A DNA stretch of 64,000 nucleotides from Carpediemonas membranifera BICM (lineage: Eukaryota; Protista; Fornicata), in the NCBI GenBank assembly GCA_019828565.1, contig JAHDYR010000025.1, forward strand, positions 62,001 to 126,000, read 5' to 3'. The position numbers and the translations under genes were made by a program. Shown piece by piece: positions 33,802-45,168 of the stretch. The notes under the pieces are model-generated. The model had not been told where the DNA came from, did no database searches, and was given only the letters and a program-made list of their open reading frames with translations. The stretch's first letter is position 1; each line of letters begins with the position of its first letter.

Positions 33802-34193
33802 TGTTGGTGCCAAGAAATCGATGGTAGCTCGCACGTTTGAGGTAGTTGCTTGTTGCATCGATGCAACGCACTTTAAGGATTAAAAAGCTGTACCCCATAG
33901 CCGTTTCCTAAGGCCAAATGCGGCCCTCTCTAGCGTATATACACGCGTGTATTGGGACTAGATGCAGTGTTGTGGCATGCCCGGTCTAGCTGAATCCACA
34001 AATGTGGATCGGCTCTGGCTGCCGTATAGGTGGCCATGCTTTGGACTTATGGCTGGAGACTGATACAATTGGCAGGTAGTTGACTGGTACGTGCTCATAT
34101 GGACAACCGACGGCCATTCACTGGCAGGGCTCGCTTCGCAACAGACAGGCGCTCCCTGGGGCTTGGGGCTGTGCATGAGCTTAGACAATAATC

Positions 34194-35480
34194 GTGGGTC
34201 AGTCTGACACCTGTATGGACATCAACGCGGTCGTAAGCATGCTTCACCTTGTTTTGCCGCAGTTTATGGACGAAATGGATGTCTTCACAGGAAAGCACTC
34301 ATCCTCTGAGCATTTGCGGTATCTCATGACAATGCTCGCCGCAGTCGATGTTCTTCGGGGATCCTCGCAATCCATAAGAGGCGAGCGCCACGGAAGGGCA
34401 TACTCCAAGACTATTCACACCGAGTTCTTGCGGTCCTTCCTTTTGTTGGAGCGGGAAGTGCTCAACGAGGATCCAGAAGCGCTAGAGAAGATGGATGCAT
34501 TGTATTCGGGCGATCGCGAGGAAACAATGAAGATTGTCGAAGTGCACGACGGAGAAGAGGATGAGCCACCCGTAACCAGCGCATCAAGCTCGCATAAGAC
34601 AAAGAAGGCCCACAAGCGTCGGCTACTTTCGGCAAGGAAGACCCAGAAGCTAACTTTTCCGTCAGAGATTGTCCATCCCGATGATGCTGCCTTGCCGGTG
34701 GAGAGAAGTGCGTTCCTCCAGAAGTATCTCAAGACGATCAAAGCTAGATTGCCTTCACTAGAGAGGTCAGTCGAGCGTGTGAATCGGCTGGGGGACATGC
34801 AAACTTCCCTGGCGTCACTCAACCATATTGCCGACAGCCTCTCTGAAGAGAACCTCACGGTGATGCGTATTTACGTTGCGTATAACCTAACTCTGTATGA
34901 CTATATAGCGAAGGATAAGTTTACTGTGGACCCGATAATTGCTCCAACAGCTGAACTGACTAAGATGGCCGAAAAACAACGCAGCGAGTTCATCAGCCGT
35001 AACCAGAGTTACTGCACAACCCGCACTCGCAGGACTAACAAGTCAAGCTTCTATAATGATGTACAGAAACATGCCACGAATATGGGTGTGAAGAGCATAG
35101 AACGAAGCCACATCATCATCGGCATGATGTTGCTGACATACGCCGACTTCGGCAAGTTCCTGGAGGCTGGTTTGATTCCCAGGGACACGGGTGATGCGAG
35201 AGAGTTGGCAAACATGGTCTTGGAGAGCTTCTTCATGGCATATAACAGCGAGGGAGGAACGCGTGCAGCACTCATGCAGGAACTGAAGGATGGAGTAACT
35301 GACACAGACAGGCTATCGATGATGGAGCAAATGTTTGCGCTTTCTGTGGAGACGAACTCCCTGACGTATGTCAAGCCATCGCCCGAGACGGAATGTGAAG
35401 AGAGAAGTGGGTCTGGCAAGCGGAAAGGCAACGTGACGGAGTCAGGCGATGATGATGGGAAGCGAGCACAGTTGGAGTAA
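34194..35480 (+). CDS. Hypothetical protein, duplicate of 25717-27003
   Basis: Identical translation. Confidence 0.65.
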   Translation: MGQSDTCMDINAVVSMLHLVLPQFMDEMDVFTGKHSSSEHLRYLMTMLAAVDVLRGSSQSIRGERHGRAYSKTIHTEFLRSFLLLEREVLNEDPEALEKMDALYSGDREETMKIVEVHDGEEDEPPVTSASSSHKTKKAHKRRLLSARKTQKLTFPSEIVHPDDAALPVERSAFLQKYLKTIKARLPSLERSVERVNRLGDMQTSLASLNHIADSLSEENLTVMRIYVAYNLTLYDYIAKDKFTVDPIIAPTAELTKMAEKQRSEFISRNQSYCTTRTRRTNKSSFYNDVQKHATNMGVKSIERSHIIIGMMLLTYADFGKFLEAGLIPRDTGDARELANMVLESFFMAYNSEGGTRAALMQELKDGVTDTDRLSMMEQMFALSVETNSLTYVKPSPETECEERSGSGKRKGNVTESGDDDGKRAQLE

Positions 35481-37089
35481 AGAAGAATCAGTCAAATTTA
35501 AAGATAAGAGTGCAGTGCGGAGGAACACTCTCATTCTCCGAATTGTTGTTCATGCGAAAGAGGATGTATTTGTGGAACTCGGAGTCACTAATGCGATCTT
35601 CACTCAGAGCCTTGAACCATATGCTAAACTCATTCGAGAATGTCGCCAAAACATAGGCACACCATCGATCGAAGAGGGAAGCCTCGAAGTCGAAGGAAGC
35701 ATGGATATAGGTTGCCAAGTCTTTCTTTCCGACTCGTAGGCCAACCTTCATGTGTAGACTTCTGCATTGTCATTCACCGGAGGAGCAGGCCAGAGTCACT
35801 TGCCATCTGGCGCATCATGAGGAGATATTGGAATGTGTTGATGTGTTTATTGACTAAATGAGCTGGAATTAGGCGGGTTTGATGTTGCTTACATGTTCTG
35901 TGGCATGCCTGATGTCCAAAGATGTATTTTGGCACAGTGATGTTGTTTAGTGTGCTCATAGCTGACCGCGTAGTTATCTGACTTCAATGTGTCGTGTTGG
36001 TGCCAAGAAATCGATGGTAGCTCACACGTTTGAGGTAGTTGCTTGTTGCATCGATGCAACGCACTTTAAGGATTAAAAAGCTGTACCCCATAGCCGTTTC
36101 CTAAGGCCAAATGCGGCCCTCTCTAGCGTATATACACGCGTGTATTGGGACTAGATGCAGTGTTGTGGCATGCCCGGTCTAGCTGAATCCACAAATGTGG
36201 ATCGGCTCTGGCTGCCGTATAGGTGGCCATGCTTTGGACTTATGGCTGGAGACTGATACAATTGGCAGGTAGTTGACTGCTACGTGCTATGGACAACCGA
36301 CGGTATGCCTGTCTGGGCATCAGCGCTGTCGTTCAGGCCAATCCACGTTTGTGGATCCGTGCAGTTTATGGTTTCTCGGCCTCCATGCAACAGCCCTGCC
36401 TCACCATCGGTATCGACGCGTACTGCGGCAAGAACAGCTTCACCCAGGGCGAGGATAACGTCCGCCAGGGTCAGCGCCGCTCCGTCATCGGTATGTCCGC
36501 CTGGTACGTCGAAGAGCAGGGCCACCTTGAGACCGTCAACCGTCCCGTCGAGACCATCGCCCGCTTGGCGAGTAAGCGCTACACTACCGCTTCACCAGCC
36601 CTCCAAGGCAGCGTTCTGGACCTGCGTCATCTCCGGCGAACTGGAATGATCCAAAGTAACGGTGTAGTGTTCTTTCTGGCAGCTAATTGTGCATAAGCGA
36701 ATGCTTTGTGGTCATTTATTGCTCTTTGGCGCAGCAACGCCCACAACTCTTTGGGATACTGTTCTTTTGGTGTTGATGTTGTTATTGATGTTGATTTCTC
36801 CGCTTTTCGCTGCTTTGCGTTGTAATTGCAATGTTTTCTAGTACATTCCGCGCATCAGATCATTGCTACAACCTGAACTCGCCATTTTGGCGTTGCAATG
36901 AAACTATCCCCTAAAGTGCACACTAAATGAAATCAGAACAATTTGTGGCCAGCTGCGCCAAGTGGGAAGTTTCAGTCTACTCTGTGCGTTAAAAGGTCAC
37001 CATACTACATCTTCGTGGTTCGGGATACGTGCATTTTCGTGTCAATCAAACTTTTACTTCGTTCTCACCCTCTGGACTGGATAGAAATA

Positions 37090-39830
37090 CTACATCCGTG
37101 CCCTCCGCTGCTGAAATTGGATCTCATCGTCTGAAATCAACGCGCGACGTTGATCAAGGTCGGCTTGCTGTTGGCGTGACTGCCGTGCGTCGGGCCGCAC
37201 CCCAGGATCAGATGGACGTTGGCAGATACAGACTGTACAAGTAGAGTTCTCATCATGGTGGTCTCCTACAACGCATGTGAGATAGTCACCATCAGTTATA
37301 AACGAGTCAGGGACGGCATTGTTGAGATGCTGCTGAAGACCGTCACGTAAAGCTGCTAGAGTGTCCTGAACGGAACCTTTGAAATTGTCATTCACCTCTT
37401 TGGAAGTCCCAAACATGCGGTTTCGCCAGCTGAATGCAGAACTGGCATCCCACAGACATTTGTGAAGACGAATCCGGTTGACGTGAGTCTGCAGTGGCGC
37501 AACGTCTGTGTGCTTTCGAGACGTCCGAACGCCAGTGATAAAGGCTGTCAACCGCCTGACCTGCAGCTTCTGACAGTTGTACAGCAGCGTTCTCACACGA
37601 TGCTTCTCTCTGTGAACAATTGCGTCGAGCAAAAAGTCTCGCTCGAAGTACTCCTCCAGGAGATTGAAGAGTGGAATTCGCAGCCTGTGGCACACTTCTG
37701 GCAAAACTGCAATCAGGTCGTGCATGTATAACGACCCTGCAAAATCGCCCGTGTCGTAGCGGAGGTAGGGCTTCTGCCGAACATCTCTACCGGCTTCAGG
37801 TTCCTGGGCGTCATGGTTGTTGCGGTTCCGAGGCTGCTGGGCAGTCGGTAAGACCAGGGTCGAGACATGGAAGAAGTAGAAAGTAACCATCCCCATGAAA
37901 AACAGCTTGCGAACAGTATAATCCGTCACGGGCGCCTTGGAGTAGAGCAGAGCCTGGAGATGACTGATGATCAGAATGAAGGGGCGGAGAGTTTCATCAA
38001 AGCTGTAGAGGTAATCGTTGGACAGAACGGCAAGACGGTGTCTATTCCAACTCTGTTCGTTGCATCCCGTCGTGCGGGTGAAGGCAGCATCGATATGGGT
38101 CTGCAGGTGGTTGCCGCGAACAGCTGGAGTGAATCGTTCCAGTAGAACCCACATCTGCCTCATGAGCTCGTGGCTGACGTGCATCACTGGAGGGCAGACG
38201 ATGACTTGACTCAGACTGGGAGAATTGACGTAAAATTGTCTCGTGTCGTTATCGTAGTGGCAGAATAGTGGTGTCTGGACCTGGCCATTATCCAGACTAT
38301 GAAACAGGGTCGTCTGGTGTTCACCATTGAGTAAGGTGGTTCGGCCCTGCACGGTCTGTCCCAGAGTCAGCCGGCTACAGAACGCATCGTACGGGTTTCT
38401 TGGCAGAAGGGGAAATTCAATTGCCGAGAACGGCGACCTGCTGTATCCGCCCTTGCTCACCCCGCAGATGATCTGCATGGCCTTGTGGTCTGCCAGTATC
38501 GCAGTAAGTTCCACCTTAACTGTACAGTTGGGCATCATGAAACACTTATCGTAAGAGATTGTCGTCGCCTGGCGGATGAGATTCTCGATGACGGCTGAGT
38601 GTTTGTGGAGGTCACCCTCATCTCCACTGTACTGATAAATCGTATAGGGAGGAGTGATCAGCTGCGGGAGAACTTTGCCGGAGGAGTCATAGAGTCTGAC
38701 CTTGACCGCCGTGGAGGCCTTGCGGTAACCGTCAATCCAGACAAATAGCTGGATCGTCTTCACACTCGCAGAAGAGGAATCTACCGAGTTTCGCATTGCC
38801 GTCTTCGCGACAGTGAAGCTGTTTTTGGCACGTTCGACTGAAGCGGGATTGTCGAGAGCGAATATGATCCATTTCCGAAGGTTGTATGTCAGGCTAGATG
38901 CATACTCATGGCGACTGTTATGATACCGGCGGAACACGACGTCGTTCGCTGAGAGACGCTGGCAGACTGCGTCAATTTGACCCTCGTATGGCGACAGAAT
39001 AAGGACACCTGAACCCCCTACTGAGAACTTCTCGTGGTGGAAAACATGCTCAGAGACCAAATATTCGTCAGTGCGGAAGAGGCTGAGGATGGAAGTCGTC
39101 TGCTCCTGCTGACAAGCGATTTTTATGCTGTTGTCTGACGCAACAGTCACAGGGAGACCAGAAAACGCAGCAGTATCAGGGTTGACCATAGACAAGCCGC
39201 TAAATCCGTCAAAGATAAGGCTGGCCGGTGTGTATGCTGCCATATCAGTGACCAAGGCTGGATCGCGGAGATTTCGGTTCAGTGGGCCGTAATCAAGAAG
39301 ACTCGGGCCAATATCCTTGAGGGGCTTCGCCGGTGGGAGTTGTGGAACTCGATCGGCGACGTTCATCGCCTGTGAAAGGTGATTATAAACGCGACGCAGG
39401 CGGTCATACTTGTTGGCGCCTAAGTCGACCGAAGCTATCGCAGCAAATGCCTCCAAGAACTCTGTGACTGTCGTTGACTGGAGGGAACTGGGGATGAAAG
39501 CTGCAAGAGTGAGGTCAACATTTTTGTGCTTAGAAATCTTTGGACGCCACGAAAATTTCTCGCCTCCAAAGCGGTTTCAAGAGCAGGAGTAAGAATGAAG
39601 CGCGGATTCCGAGAAACAGCCAACGAAACGTCCAAAAATCTTTGAACAGACGCCTCATCGAGACGCGGACGGCCGGAAACTGTACATTTGGTAACAATCT
39701 TCGCTTCCAGCACCGCCAAGAGAACCTTGAGCGAGCATGCGCCTGAATACATGACAATGCCATGCACTGTATTAATAATCTCCGTCTCGGAAGCCAAAGT
39801 CGCCATTTCCGGTGATCGCGTTCGTTGCAA
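37090..39830 (-). CDS. RAG1/Transib/Chapaev-like DDE transposase B (about 900 aa if the frameshift near 39535 is bridged)
   Basis: FVWIDGY (D1), ILADHKAMQIICG (D2), CPPVMH, YMHDLIAVLPE and LLEEYFERDF (E), in RAG1/Chapaev order; lies inside a TIR/TSD-bounded element. Confidence 0.72.
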
Positions 39831-41000
39831 TTAATCAACATGATTGATCGCAACAGGCCGGGCACGGAGGCAGGCCCAAGTGATCCAGGGGCTGGTCGAT
39901 CTTGCAGATCGTTTGGGAGAGGTGCTTGGACGCGAGGAGTTAAAGATCGCACAACATGTGTCAAATCCGGCAAATCGATATCGTGTAAAAAATGGACAGA
40001 GGGGAAGAAGCGACCCATAGGACATACCTGTGGACCACTTCCTCCCCTCTGTCCATTAGCATTGCAGTGTTGCAGCGTTCCGCCACCCTTTTCCGAGAAG
40101 GCCAAAACTTCGAGCCCTCATGTTTTTGTATTGGGCTAGAGCTGTTCAGTGATGGACAGCCCAGTGACTGTGTCGGCATATATAGAGATATCAGTGCAAG
40201 CCCCAATACAGCCCCTTAACTTTTTTTCTTGTAAGCTGGGATTGGGAGCATTTGCTATCTCCGTGGATAAACGATCTATACCAATTTTACTTGCAGTTCT
40301 GATGGTTTGATCAGTATTTGGATGAATTGTGTGGAAATCACCGCTATAAATGCGTTATCCTCAAAGAAAAGCGTTTGGAATCAATAATCCATTTCAGGAA
40401 CCAAGAACTTCTCATTGACGGTGCATTACTATATTAAAGACCTTATGATGTGTCTATCTCTCCCAATCATCCTCGTTTCCCGGATCTCGGTTTGGTTTCC
40501 ATTTGATTTGATCAAAAACGAAGCAACAGCCGCCAATATGAATGGGTTGAGGTGACAAAAACGGGTCTTATCCGGAAAATGAGCTCAGCAACAGCGCCTG
40601 CATCTCGCTGTGCCTTTTTTCTGCTCCCAGTGTTGATATATCCTTTCAGTGAGTACCTCCCGCGCGCGAGACAACGTGGGTCAAGGTAGGAACCATGGGA
40701 CCGAATTGTCTCCAAAGTGTAGAGACTTGCCATGCCATATCGCCGCGTAGAGTCCCAGCTGATCAGCAGAGTCGTTTCATGAGCAATATCAGCATCTTTA
40801 ATTCGCATTTGATGACGATTTGATTAATTTTTGGGCTTTACGGGACGCCAAGTAATTATCGCAGGCCAAGCACGTGCTCAAAGGTGCATCAGGAAGGGGG
40901 CTACATGGTGCCAGAGTAAGACGTTCTAAATCGGACATTTTTGACAGAGCCCCTCTGTTCCGTAGGTGTATACTGCCACCCATACACCCCCTCCAGACAG

Positions 41001-41531
41001 CATGTGGTGGTAGCCCGACCGTAGATCTATCTTTGTCATGTAAGCGTTGTGTGTGAGTGTGCTGAGGGCCCGCTTGAGGCCGAATAGTCGGAATGTGCGT
41101 GCCTCCGATGAAACAGCATTGAGCTGGCGAAGGTCGTGCACGACACGGATGTTCTCTGCGCCCTTGGCGACACAGAACAGTGGGGCGGAGTGACGCAGGT
41201 CCTGGAGCGTGCACTCCTCTAGAACTCCCTCCTGTAGCATCTCTGCGATCTTTTCGTTGATCCTCGGGTCCATAGTACGTTGTGGTTGTGGTGGCGGTGG
41301 CGGCTGAGTGACGGAGATGGGTACGCCGTGGTGCAAAAGGTCTACAACCTCCTGGCTTGCACCAAAGCGCTCCCAAAGCTCCCATTTGGCATTCATTGAT
41401 GGAAATTTTTGTCTTAATCTCTCTTGTTCTTCTTGTTCTTGCCGCCACCCTGGCCCCTCTGGTAGCTGGGCGGGCCTGGAAAAAAAGTCTCCTTCGACAT
41501 TGCTGCGAACATGATGTCGTCCACCTCGCAC
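41001..41531 (-). pseudogene. DIRS/Ngaro-type RT N-half
   Basis: SAPLFCVAK..RVVHDLRQLN..MTKIDLRSGYHHM; continues at 22560. Confidence 0.88.
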
Positions 41532-41992
41532 TCTGACTTGATGTTGCGTGCCTTCGAGCGGAATGTGGCCGCGAAGCGGTTGACAGTAGTCTTGCTGTAG
41601 TTTTCGTCCTTCATCTTCAGGATCCTGCGGCGAGCCTGAAGTTCAATCCTCTTCCTGTCCTTCTTATCCATCCTAGAAGCCTGCAGCATGGCGGAAATTC
41701 TCCGAACGAACATCGCCTCCTCTCTTAGCGGGCCCTTTGAAGGAAGATCTGCCAGTCCGTCGATGTACCGGATAGTAGCGTCAAAGTTCTCGTCCTCTTC
41801 ATCCTCAACCTCTTCGTTCTTCTTTTCCTCTGCTTCCTCGTGCTCGCTAGCAAGATCGAAGATCGGGGACTCGTTCTCCCTTTCGCTTCCTTTTGCAGCA
41901 GCCAACTGGCTGACAGTTCCAGCTAGCTTCTCAATCTGCTCTTTTAGTCCCGCGAAATCCGATGCCGTCGGCGGAGCCGAAATTTCTACCAT
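41414..41992 (-). CDS. DIRS-type gag-like ORF1
   Basis: 192-aa ORF overlapping the RT ORF start, as is typical for DIRS elements. Confidence 0.6.
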   Translation of the reverse strand: MVEISAPPTASDFAGLKEQIEKLAGTVSQLAAAKGSERENESPIFDLASEHEEAEEKKNEEVEDEEDENFDATIRYIDGLADLPSKGPLREEAMFVRRISAMLQASRMDKKDRKRIELQARRRILKMKDENYSKTTVNRFAATFRSKARNIKSECEVDDIMFAAMSKETFFPGPPSYQRGQGGGKNKKNKRD

Positions 41993-42309
41993 TCTGCCTG
42001 CTTAAAGTGCACCCGCGCAACGATTGATCGTCTCTTGCGGGTGACGTCACCCGAGGTGACAGGTGAGCTGATGTAGCCCCATGTTGGACGCCGACCTGGT
42101 GGAGGTGTCGACAGACGACGAGTACCTCTCCGTTACGGTGCCAGACGATCACGGGCCCGAGTTCCAATCTCTGGTCCGTGCTATAGTGGCAGAACGACCT
42201 CGCCTGTTCAACGCGACGCTACACCCGGAAGGAAGCGACCTGGAGCCGCATGTGATCGAACTCACGTCTTCGACGCCGATCAAGTGCAGGCCCCGCCCCC
42301 TTGTGGGGA

Positions 42310-42730
42310 AAGAAAGAAGAAAGAAGTTTATGGCTTGGTATCTGGCCCCGGACTGAGCTTTCGTCCCGTTATCTTGGAGCTGAGTGCCCCGGGGCACGGC
42401 CGCCACCCTGTCCTGAGCTAGTCAGCAGCGCTCATTTCCTGGATCAGGTGCCTACTGCGTCCGCTGATAGATGATTCCACTCGCCCCATAGGCCCTTCGG
42501 CCTTCTCCGTGCGCTTGGCGCTTTCCTGTCATCCCTGCAAGTCCGGCAACTTCCAGGGAGCCTGGGGGTCTGTCCTCAACGCTTTCGCAGGCAGGGTTGA
42601 CCTGCAAGACCTTCTCTATAGCAGTCCCTGATTCCCTGCAGTCCCTGTAGGGTCATTCAGACACAGCACCCTCTCTTCTTTCCAGTTTCCCTGTTCCGTG
42701 CCCCCTGCGGCCCTGTTACGGACCTACCCG
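42310..42730 (-). mobile_element. Second 5'-truncated (TTTC)n-tailed retroposon
   Basis: TSD GCCCCCTTGT(G/T)GGGA at 42295-42309 and 42731-42745; interrupts gypsy 3 at RPRPLVG|DPG. Confidence 0.8.
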
Positions 42731-44614
42731 GCCCCCTTGTTGGGACCCCCGGCTCGGCTGCACAAGCCGAGATCGAGAAGATGCGCCGTCTAGGCATCAT
42801 CCGGGACTCGAAATCCTCGTATGCGTCCCCCCACACCATGGCAACCAAGAAAAATGGAGACCCCCGGTTCTGTGTAGCCTACAACGCACTGAACGACGTG
42901 ACCGTTCCGGACGCATTTCCCCTCCCGGACCTTCGCGAGCTCCCACACGAGGCCAGCGGATGCTCTTATTTCGCGAGCCTTGACCTCCGCACCTCATACT
43001 GGCAACAACGGGTCGACCCCGCCTCGATCCCCCTGACCGCCTTCTCGGTCCCAGGTCACCACTATGAGTTTTTGCGCGTACCCTTTGGCCTCACTAACGC
43101 CCCCCGCGAAGTTCCAAAGGGCCATGGAGTCGCTTTTGGAGGGCATCCCCGGTGTCAGAGTCTACATAGACGACATCTTTCTCTTCGCCCGCAGTCAAGA
43201 CGACTTCCTTTCAACTCTCAGAACGACCCTCGAACACCTCGACGACTGTAACCTGCGTCTTCGCGCGGACAAGTGCGTGATCGGCGCTAACCAGGTCGAA
43301 GTATGCGGGTTCGTGATCGACGCGCGTGACCGCTCCATCGCCCAGTCCCGCGTGGACGCCATCCTTAACCTGCAGCCCCCGACGACCGTCACAGAACTCC
43401 GCCGGACCATGGGGAAGTTCAACCACCTTGCCGCCTACATCCCCACTCTCGCCGCCGCAGCTGCCGAATCCACCGGCCCGCTGAACGACCTCCTGAAAGG
43501 GTCACCCAAGGGCAGCGACAAGCTTCCTTGGACTGAGCAGCATGACAGGGCCTTCGCCCGTATGAAGGAACTGTCCACCAGCCACGAGGCCCTGGCCCTC
43601 CCGGACCTCAACGCCACATGGACCCTCGAGACGGACGCCTCCACGATCGCCTTGGGCGGCGTCCTCTGGCAGCATAAGGACGGCACCAAACGTCCTCTCG
43701 CCTTCTTCTCCAAAACCTTCACGGACACCCAACGCCGATGGGCTACTGTCGAGCAGGAGCTGTACGCAATCGTCTTCTGTGTCACCCGCCCCGAGTTCAG
43801 TAGCCTGCTCAAGCTCAAGCCATTCTCAATCTCAACAGACCACCGGAACTTGGTCTGGCTGTTGATGAAATCAGAGGAGGGCACCCGGAAGCTGACAAGG
43901 TGGCGCCTAATCCTCTCAGAATACCCGTTCGAGATCCGGCACATTCTGGGCTCGTCAAACCTCGTCGCCGACGCCCTATCAAGGCCCCCCGTCCGCGCCA
44001 GCGCGGACGAGTCAACGACGGACGACCATCTCGACACCATCGTCCAGGCGCATGCTGGGAAGTTCGAACACGTCGCGGTCGACCAGACGATCCGCAACCT
44101 CAAGGCCGCCGGCCACTCCTGGAAGTCTATGCGCGACGACGTCGCCACTTACGTGGCCACCTGCCCAGTCTGCCAGAAGCTGAAGGCCCACAAGAAGACC
44201 TCAACACCCTGGCACTCCACCCAGACCCTGTCCCCATTCGAGTCCGTGCAGATCGACACGATCGGGCCCCTGCCTAACTGCGATGGGTTCGCCCATATCG
44301 TCGTCGCCGTTCAAACGTGCCCATAACACGTCGCTCAAGGACCTTGAGACCCTGGTCGGGTTCGAACAGGACGAACAGCCTGTCGAGTCCATCGTCGGGC
44401 ATCGCGAACGCTCTGGCCGCCTCGAAATGCTTATCCATTGGCAGGGCCTCGAAGATTCTGAAGACAGTTACATCCCGTATAACGCCTACTACGACCAGCT
44501 GTCAGCCCTTGACGATTACCTCCAGACCAACCCGCACCTGCGCCCTTTGTTCGACCGCTATAAGCGCAAGTTCCGCACTCGCGGACGCCGCTAGGTCGCC
44601 CTCCGGAGGGGAAG

Positions 44615-44689
44615 TGTGATGGGTTATCCTGCACAACCTGCAGTGCACTTTATGTAAACAGTTCTCCGTTCCATCTCTAACATGTCACA
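44615..44689 (+). repeat. 75-bp 3' LTR of gypsy 3
   Basis: TGTGA...TCACA directly after the PPT GGAGGGGAAG. Confidence 0.7.
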
Positions 44690-45152
44690 CTAGGCTTGAT
44701 GAAGACTGCTGTAGGCAGCTAGTGCGATGGAACAGGCTTCACCTGTCCTCCCCCCGCCTTCAAGACTTGAGCTTGCCGCAAAAAGCCTTGGTCTGCCTGC
44801 CTCCATGGGTGAAGGGGATCTGTCACTATGCTCTGCCAGAGCGGCACAACTGTCCTTCTCAATCATTGCTGCGGAAGATAAGGTGGCAGTTCAGAGGTAC
44901 CTTAGAGGCACAGGCTTCCAGTTGCCTATCTCTCGAAAGGCGTACCCCAGGCGTCAACCTTATCTTGATGGACTCCCCCCTCCTGTGGCAAAGAGGGTGG
45001 CAATGGTGAGGCTGTCATGCCTTCCTCTTCCTGGAAGAGGCTCACCTAGCCTGCTCTGGCAACTGGGCCGCCATCTTGTAGAGAGTCGAGCTCCTCCAGT
45101 TGGAGGAGCTCGTGAAATTGTAAGGTCGAAATTGCTATCGGGCGCAAGGTAA
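44690..45152 (+). pseudogene. Possible C-terminal fragment of a non-LTR retrotransposon ORF2
   Basis: QPYL...RVAMVRLSCLPLPGR resembles the post-RT region of LINE proteins; weak. Confidence 0.3.
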
Positions 45153-45168
45153 CATTTATTGCAATCGC

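Larger units (their letters stand above)
22565..41000 (-). mobile_element. 18.4-kb TIR DNA transposon B with RAG1/Chapaev-like transposase and cargo genes
   Basis: Perfect 18-bp TIRs at 22565-22582 and 40983-41000; TSD CATG at 22561-22564 and 41001-41004. Removing it restores the DIRS RT reading GYHHMQLGV. Confidence 0.93.
42081..44689 (+). mobile_element. Degenerate Ty3/gypsy element 3 (5'-truncated, internal integrase deletion near 44315), relative of gypsy 1
   Basis: LDLRTSYWQ, YIDD, TDAS, WATVEQEL and chromodomain remnant LIHWQG; PPT 44605-44614. Confidence 0.9.
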
